NCBI GenBank assembly: GCA_041288095.1
Contig: JBGGMJ010000101.1
Location: 1 to 15,843 of the forward strand
Reading direction: 5' to 3'
Source: Myxococcota bacterium
GTDB lineage: Bacteria > Myxococcota > XYA12-FULL-58-9 > JALHOP01
Length of the DNA: 15,843 nucleotides
Positions 10,619 to 15,843 of this stretch are shown here, piece by piece (position 1 is the first letter of the stretch; every line of letters starts with the position of its first letter). The notes beneath the pieces were generated by a model. It ran no database searches, was not told the DNA's origin, and was given only the letters and a program-made list of their open reading frames with translations. A program made the translations under genes and the position numbers.

Positions 10619-10855
10619 ATGCCGCGCGTCGTCGTCGATACCACTGCCTGCATCGGCGACAAGAAGTGCTTGAAGGCTTGTCCGACCAGTGTCTTCGGAC
10701 TCCAGGACCCCGCTGAGCCCTTGCCGTTCTTGCAGCAGCTCAAGATCACGGTGCATGGCGGGAAACAGGCGTACGTCAAGAACGAGCTCGCCTGCATCGC
10801 GTGCATGGAATGTGTCGTGGCCTGTCCCCAGGACGCCATCACCGTGACCCCTTGA
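10619..10855 (+). CDS. Dicluster ferredoxin (probable 7Fe: [3Fe-4S] or Asp-ligated cluster plus [4Fe-4S])
   Basis: 78 aa from ATG 10619 (the ORF-track start at 10496 overlaps the upstream gene). Motif 1 CIGDKKCLKACP (CxxDxxCxxxCP), motif 2 CIACMECVVACP (CxxCxxCxxxCP), ending AITVTP. Confidence 0.9.
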   Translation: MPRVVVDTTACIGDKKCLKACPTSVFGLQDPAEPLPFLQQLKITVHGGKQAYVKNELACIACMECVVACPQDAITVTP

Positions 10856-10863
10856 GCCTGAGC

Positions 10864-11136
10864 CTAGCTGCGTCGGGGCATTACGCCCGAGCGGCGGCCA
10901 ACTGCCACACGATAGACGAACAGCAAGATCATCGCGCCGAGGATCGAGGCGATGATGCCGGGGCCTTCATCAATGCGGTACCAGCCGAGGCTGCGGCCCA
11001 AGAGGCCCGCAATCAGCGCACCGGCGATGCCAACCAAGCAGGTGATTACGACGCCGCCCGGATCGCGGCCCGGCATGAAGAGTTTCGCAAGAGCACCGAC
11101 CACGAGGCCGACGATCAGCATCCAAAGAATTTCCAT
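10864..11136 (-). CDS. GlsB/YeaQ/YmgE family stress-response membrane protein (transglycosylase-associated)
   Basis: MEILWMLIVGLVVGALAKLFMPGRDPGGVVITCLVGIAGALIAGLLG...GIIASILGAMILLFVYR is the classic pattern; GGAGGG SD upstream. Confidence 0.93.
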   Translation of the reverse strand: MEILWMLIVGLVVGALAKLFMPGRDPGGVVITCLVGIAGALIAGLLGRSLGWYRIDEGPGIIASILGAMILLFVYRVAVGRRSGVMPRRS

Positions 11137-11184
11137 GACCCATCCCTCCGAGCCCGAAGGGAAGCAGGTCTTGTGCCAGGGGGC

Positions 11185-13212
11185 TCAAGCCGTTCTGATC
11201 CAGGCCCGGAGCACCTCGGCCACGCTCCACGCCTGGGCGATGCAGCCGCGCTGAGTGAAGGGCGCTTGGGCGTCGAAGACCTCGCTGATCGAGCCAATAC
11301 AGCCTTCGTGCATGTGCTTGTCGAAGCCCGACAGGAGCTCACGCGCGCCCGTGCGATCCTCCGGATGCACCTTGAGCCAGGCATCGACGAAATGCCCCAC
11401 GAGGAAGGCCCAAACTGTCCCTTGGTGGTAGGCGGCATCACGTGCGCGCAGGTCACCGAAGTATTGCGCCTTGTAATCGGCCTCACCGGGCGCGAGCGAG
11501 CGCAGGCCGACAGGGGTCACCAGCGTCTCACGCGCGAGTTGGACAACCTGCGCCCAACGCTCTCTGGCGAGCACCGGGTTGTCGAGTGAGATGGCGAACA
11601 CTTGGTTCGGGCGCAGTGCTGGATCGTCGCCGCGCTCGCCGTCGACGACATCGAAGAGGCAGTTGCGCTGAGGGTTCCAGAAGCGCTGGTTGAACGAGAC
11701 GCGGGCGCGCTCGGCGTGCGTCGCGTAGACCTCCGACCGCTCCTTGTCGCCCTCTTCGGCGAGCCAGCGCGACAAGAGCGTCAACGCGTTGAACCACAGC
11801 GCGTTGATCTCCACGGCCTTGCCACGTCGTGGCGTCACCACCCAGTCGTCCACTTTAGCGTCCATCCAAGTGAGCTGATACCCTTGCTCGCCCTGTCGCA
11901 GCAGGCCGTCCTTGGGGTCGACGCCGATGCCGAAGCGCGTGCCCTGCAAGTGGGCCTCGGCGATCTCGACGAGCTTCGGCAAGACATAGCGCAGCGTGCC
12001 GCGGTCGCGGGTGGCGGCGAGGTAGCGTTCCACCGCATGGAAGAACCAGAGGCTCGCGTCGGCCGTGTGGTAGAGGCCCTTCTGCTGGCCCTCGGGGAAC
12101 AGGTTGGGGATGAGCCCGTCTTGCACAGCGTTCGCGAACATCTTGAGGATCCAACGTGCCTCGGTGTGGCGGCCGGTGGAGAGCGTCAGCCCTTCGAGGC
12201 TGATCATGGTGTCGCGGCCCCAATCGGTGAACCAGTGGTAGCCAGCGATCACCGTGCGCATCTCGTCGCCGGCGGCGCGGGCGCGCGCGGCGTCTTCGGA
12301 GCGTCCGACCGGCGCGATGATGAACTGGTCCGCGGCGAGCACCAGCTCGGCCGGTAAGCCTTCGCGGGCGTGCGGATGTGCCGCGGCGATCATCTGATCA
12401 CGTCGCTCGTGCTCGAGCGCCAGCGCCTGCTCACCGGAGAGCGCCAGCATGGTCGGCCACTCTTCGGTCGATGCGACGACGCACGAGGGTCGGTCGCGGT
12501 GGAGCTCGATGGTGAAGTAGCCGGGCGACCAGAGCACCCCCACGGAGCCGTAACCGCGGTCGGCTTCGGCGCGGTAGAAAATTTCGCGGGTCGAGCCGCC
12601 GTCCAGAGTGAGCAAGCCGTTTGGACTCTCGGTGCGCATGCGCAATGGTGGCAGCGACTGGGGCCCGTGAATCTCGCAGCGGTGCTCGGCGCAGGTTACG
12701 ACGTATTGCGCCCCGAGCGGTTCGCCGAGCATCACGTCGTGTCCGCGAAAATGGACGGAAGGCCGCACGCGCAAGCGCACCGGCTCTTCGCCTTCGATGA
12801 GGCGATACATGATGTACGCGGTGTTCTGCTTGTGCGGCAGGATGATGCTGCGCTCGATCACCCAGGCGTCGAAGCGGGCGCGCCAGACCGGCAGACCCTT
12901 GTCGAGACGGAATTCCTGCAAGTACTCGAGGCCGTGGGTCTCGATCTCGGAGCGCCGGCGTTCCTCGCCACCGAAGCGCAGGCGCCGGCCATCGGGCAAG
13001 GCGATGCTCTCGCTCAGATGATCGAGCATCATGACGCGGCCTAGAGGAGCGGCGTGCGCCGCGACCAGCCAGCCATGATAGCGGCGCGTCGGCACCCCGG
13101 GCACCGTGCCCGAGGCATAGCCGCCGAGCCCATTGGTCACGAGCCACTCGCGGTCGAGGATCTCTTCGGTCTTTCGCTCGGGCACTTCGGCCCACGGCAT
13201 GCGGCGTTTCAT
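11185..13212 (-). CDS. Amylo-alpha-1,6-glucosidase / glycogen debranching enzyme (GH133; GDE_N + GDE_C)
   Basis: REWLVTNGLGGYASGT, TRRYHGWL, IAGYHWFTDWGRDTMISLEGL, GLIPN.F, LTWMDAK, TPRRGKAVEINALW, RPNQ, AYHQGTVW, ISEVFD, QAWSVAE. The start overlaps the treZ stop (ATGA). Confidence 0.93.
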   Translation of the reverse strand: MKRRMPWAEVPERKTEEILDREWLVTNGLGGYASGTVPGVPTRRYHGWLVAAHAAPLGRVMMLDHLSESIALPDGRRLRFGGEERRRSEIETHGLEYLQEFRLDKGLPVWRARFDAWVIERSIILPHKQNTAYIMYRLIEGEEPVRLRVRPSVHFRGHDVMLGEPLGAQYVVTCAEHRCEIHGPQSLPPLRMRTESPNGLLTLDGGSTREIFYRAEADRGYGSVGVLWSPGYFTIELHRDRPSCVVASTEEWPTMLALSGEQALALEHERRDQMIAAAHPHAREGLPAELVLAADQFIIAPVGRSEDAARARAAGDEMRTVIAGYHWFTDWGRDTMISLEGLTLSTGRHTEARWILKMFANAVQDGLIPNLFPEGQQKGLYHTADASLWFFHAVERYLAATRDRGTLRYVLPKLVEIAEAHLQGTRFGIGVDPKDGLLRQGEQGYQLTWMDAKVDDWVVTPRRGKAVEINALWFNALTLLSRWLAEEGDKERSEVYATHAERARVSFNQRFWNPQRNCLFDVVDGERGDDPALRPNQVFAISLDNPVLARERWAQVVQLARETLVTPVGLRSLAPGEADYKAQYFGDLRARDAAYHQGTVWAFLVGHFVDAWLKVHPEDRTGARELLSGFDKHMHEGCIGSISEVFDAQAPFTQRGCIAQAWSVAEVLRAWIRTA

Positions 13213-15077
13213 GTGCCCTTCCTCGGTTTGGCGGCCAGCACGACGGCTGACCGCGATGGGATACGTAGGCCTCGGTCGTCGTCGTCGACCGCCGCCGTGC
13301 CGAGGCCGCCATAACAGACACGTTCGCTGGACCAGATCGTGTCCCAGTGGAGATGCTGTTCTAGACCCAACAGCGGCTCCGGCGCCGGCGCGACGTCGAG
13401 ATCGGCGCCGAGGTTGATGATCAGGAGACGGTCGTCCGCGCTCTCGTCCGCGAAGAAGCGCAAGAGCAAGCAGTCGCGCGAAAACGGAGCACCGTCGACC
13501 ATGCGCGGCTTCTGCGCCGCGAAGGCCGGGGTTTCACGCCGCAGACGCAAGAGGTCGCGGTGCAGTGCGAGCGCCATGACGTTCTTCTCGCGCTCGCTCC
13601 AGTCGAGCACGGCCGCGTCGAAGGTCGCCCGCGCACTCGGATCGGGTAGGTTGCCCTGGATCTCGTCGGTCGCGGCGCTCGCGAACTGCGAATGGTACTC
13701 CGCCCGGCCCTTGCGGACCGCATCGGCAAGCTCGCCGGAGTGGCCCGCGAAAAACGCGAAGCGCGCCGACGCGCCGAACTCCTGCCCCTGGAAGAGCAGC
13801 GGGGTCCCGGGGCAGAGCAACACGTACGCCGTCAGCGCCCGGATGGTGCTGGGATGCGTCAGCTCACCGAGACGCCGGCCGAAGGCGAGGTTCGCCACCT
13901 GATCGTGATTCTCGAGGAACGTGATGAAGCTCGCGGGCGCGATGTCCAGGCTGAAGGTGCCTCGACGTTTTTTCTGCCAGACGTAACGCTGGCCTTGGTA
14001 GAGGTAGCCCCACTTCGCAGCGGCGATGAGCTCGGTCGCCGTACCGTGGTAGTCGGTGAAATAGGCCTCGCGTCTGCCTGTCGCCGCGACCATCGCGCTG
14101 TGATGCATGTCGTCGTTCCACAAGGCGTCGAGCCCGTAGCCACCCCGCGCGATGGGGCGCACGAGCCTCGTGTCTTGCGGCTCGTTCTCCCCGACCAGGA
14201 TGATGCCCCGGCGGCCGGCGGCGGCCCGTGCCTCTTGGGAGATCACGCTCAGAATGTGCTCGCTCGAGTCGTCGTGAATGTCTTGCGTAGCGTCGAGGCG
14301 CAGACCGTCGAGGTGATACTCCTCGACCCAGTGCCGGACGTTGGCGCGTACGCAATCGCGGACAGGAGCGCTGTTCTCGCCGTCGAAGTTGATGCCCTGG
14401 CCCCAGTCGGTGCCGTGCTCCTTCGAGAGATAGGCGCTGGAGAAGCGGGGCATGTAGTTCCCGTCGGGGCCCAGGTGGTTGTAGACGACGTCGAGGATGA
14501 CGCCGATACCGGCGGCGTGCGCGGCGTCGACGAACCTTCGGAAATCGTCCGGCTTGCCGTAGAGACGCGTCGGCGCGAACCAGTTGACGCCGTCGTAGCC
14601 CCAGCCGAAGTCCCCCGCGAAATCGGCGAGCGGCATGACCTCGAGGCAGGTGACCCCGAGATCCGCGAGGTCCGCCAGCTTCGAGCGCGCCGCGGCGAAC
14701 GTGCCTTCAGGCGTGAACGTGCCGATGTGCAGCTCGTAGAGCACCTGCCCCTCGAGCTTGAGGCCCGGCCAGTCGTTGTCGCCCCAGATGAAGCCCTTCC
14801 AGTCGATGACGCAGGACGCGCCGTGCGGGCCCTCGGGTTGGAAGCGCGATGCCGGGTCTGGATAGAGCGTCGTGTCGTCGCCCAGGCGATACGCATAACG
14901 CGTGCCCTCGCCCATACCCCGAACGAATGCGGCGTAGTAGCCGTTCGCTTCGCGCTTCAAAGGCTCGGTCCGCTCACCATCGATGACCACGGCGACGCGC
15001 TCGTGATCGGGGGCCCAGACGCGGAAATGGACGCCGTCGCCGATGAGCTCGGCCCCGATGGGTAAGCGTCTTTGCAT
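13209..15077 (-). CDS. treZ: Malto-oligosyltrehalose trehalohydrolase (GH13 with N-terminal CBM48-like domain)
   Basis: GVHFRVWAP, PDPASRFQPEGPHG, YELHIGTFTPEGTF, WGYDGV, DVVYNHLGPDGNY, catalytic DGLRLDA / GENE / FLENHDQVAN, PLLFQGQEF. Start set at ATG 15077 (MQRRLPIGA) because upstream starts collide with the divergent tesB. Confidence 0.92.
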   Translation of the reverse strand: MQRRLPIGAELIGDGVHFRVWAPDHERVAVVIDGERTEPLKREANGYYAAFVRGMGEGTRYAYRLGDDTTLYPDPASRFQPEGPHGASCVIDWKGFIWGDNDWPGLKLEGQVLYELHIGTFTPEGTFAAARSKLADLADLGVTCLEVMPLADFAGDFGWGYDGVNWFAPTRLYGKPDDFRRFVDAAHAAGIGVILDVVYNHLGPDGNYMPRFSSAYLSKEHGTDWGQGINFDGENSAPVRDCVRANVRHWVEEYHLDGLRLDATQDIHDDSSEHILSVISQEARAAAGRRGIILVGENEPQDTRLVRPIARGGYGLDALWNDDMHHSAMVAATGRREAYFTDYHGTATELIAAAKWGYLYQGQRYVWQKKRRGTFSLDIAPASFITFLENHDQVANLAFGRRLGELTHPSTIRALTAYVLLCPGTPLLFQGQEFGASARFAFFAGHSGELADAVRKGRAEYHSQFASAATDEIQGNLPDPSARATFDAAVLDWSEREKNVMALALHRDLLRLRRETPAFAAQKPRMVDGAPFSRDCLLLRFFADESADDRLLIINLGADLDVAPAPEPLLGLEQHLHWDTIWSSERVCYGGLGTAAVDDDDRGLRIPSRSAVVLAAKPRKGT

Positions 15078-15105
15078 GACGCCGTGAATGTAATCATATG
15101 GCGCC
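15078..15105. promoter_or_regulatory. Very short divergent treZ/tesB spacer, candidate bidirectional promoter
   Basis: 28-nt spacer with an AT-rich core GAATGTAATCATATG. Minus-strand TACATT and TATGAT, plus-strand TG-T-AATCAT. No SD for either gene. Confidence 0.45.
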
Positions 15106-15843
15106 ATGTCGAAAGTCCTCGATGACCTGGTAAAGCTCTTGGCGCTCGAGCGCATCGAAGAGAATCTCTATCGAGGCCAGAGCCAGGACCTGGGGTGGGG
15201 GACGGTCTTCGGTGGCCAGGTTTTGGGACAAGCGCTCTCGGCAGCCGTCCACACCTGTCCACCCGAGCGACACGTGCATTCGCTGCACGCGTATTTCCTG
15301 CGCCCTGGTAACGTCGCGATGCCGATCGTCTACGACGTCGACCGCATCCGCGATGGCAGCTCCTTCACCACCCGGCGCGTCGTGGCCATTCAGGCGGGGC
15401 GGCCAATTTTCAATCTCTCGGCTTCGTTCCAGCTCGACGAGCCCGGGCTCGAGCATCAAGACGAGATGCCGGACGCCCCGCCGCCCGAGTCGTGCCCCAC
15501 CGAGCAGGAGCGTTACGCCAAGTTCGCGCACCGTCTCCCGGAAGCGCTGCGGGCACGCGCCACCGCGGAGCGCCCATTCGAGCTGCGTAGCACCGACCCC
15601 GAGGACGACCCATTCGCGCCCGCGTCGCGGCCGCCAAAGCGGATGCTCTGGCTCAAGGCCACGTCCCGCCTGCCCGACGACCCGGCGCTGCACCGCTATC
15701 TCCTTGCCTATGTCTCGGACTTCTCGTTCGTGACGACGTCGCTCATGCCCCACGGCATCACCTGGATCACGCCCGGGTTTCAGCTGGCGTCGATCGACCA
15801 CGTCATGTGGTTCCATCGTCCGTTCCGCGTCGATGATTGGTTG
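15106..15843 (+). CDS. tesB: Acyl-CoA thioesterase II, 3' truncated by the window edge
   Basis: Manual translation from ATG 15106: MSKVLDDLVKLLALERIEENLYRGQSQDLGWGTVFGGQVLGQALSAA...HSLHAYFLRPG...VDRIRDGSSFTTRRVVAIQ...LLAYVSDFSF...ASIDHVMWFHRPFRVDDWL. These are hallmark TesB motifs. Open to the window end, hence absent from the ORF track. Confidence 0.96.
   Translation, partial: MSKVLDDLVKLLALERIEENLYRGQSQDLGWGTVFGGQVLGQALSAAVHTCPPERHVHSLHAYFLRPGNVAMPIVYDVDRIRDGSSFTTRRVVAIQAGRPIFNLSASFQLDEPGLEHQDEMPDAPPPESCPTEQERYAKFAHRLPEALRARATAERPFELRSTDPEDDPFAPASRPPKRMLWLKATSRLPDDPALHRYLLAYVSDFSFVTTSLMPHGITWITPGFQLASIDHVMWFHRPFRVDDWL

Noticed and set aside
13692..15065. 457-aa plus-strand ORF
   Set aside because: Antisense shadow of treZ.
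15078..15155. Longer treZ starts (15155 or ATG 15107)
   Set aside because: They would overlap tesB head-to-head; typical TreZ sequence begins at RRLPIGA just after ATG 15077. ATG 15107 cannot be fully excluded.
15094..15816. 240-aa minus-strand ORF and 173-aa plus-strand ORF (15212-15733)
   Set aside because: The real gene is tesB on the plus strand from 15106; these are shadow or off-frame ORFs.

Overview
High-GC (by eye about two-thirds G+C) bacterial chromosomal segment, probably from a Myxococcota/deltaproteobacterial lineage. That assignment is inferred from a myxobacterial-type Cys/EF-hand-like repeat lipoprotein, a DUF2378/TIGR02265-like gene and a Myxococcus-type LexA box. Gene order: 3' end of a DegP/HtrA-type PDZ protease; a lipoprotein with beta-helix (autotransporter-associated) repeats but no barrel; a PLP aminotransferase coupled to an HExxH protein; two orphan minus-strand genes (a membrane-hairpin protein and a lipoprotein); uvrA with a candidate SOS box; a DUF2378-like gene; a luciferase-like DUF5519 gene plus a probable 7Fe ferredoxin; a minus-strand treZ / GH133 debranching enzyme / GlsB-YeaQ-YmgE operon; and the 5' part of tesB, which is missing from the ORF track. 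No mobile element, CRISPR array or RNA gene was seen, and no complete novel multi-gene system can be claimed. The best leads are the chimeric barrel-less adhesin-like lipoprotein, the SOS box shared by uvrA and an orphan lipoprotein, recurrent leaderless-type promoters (including a symmetric 28-bp treZ/tesB divergent spacer), and the luciferase-like/ferredoxin pair.
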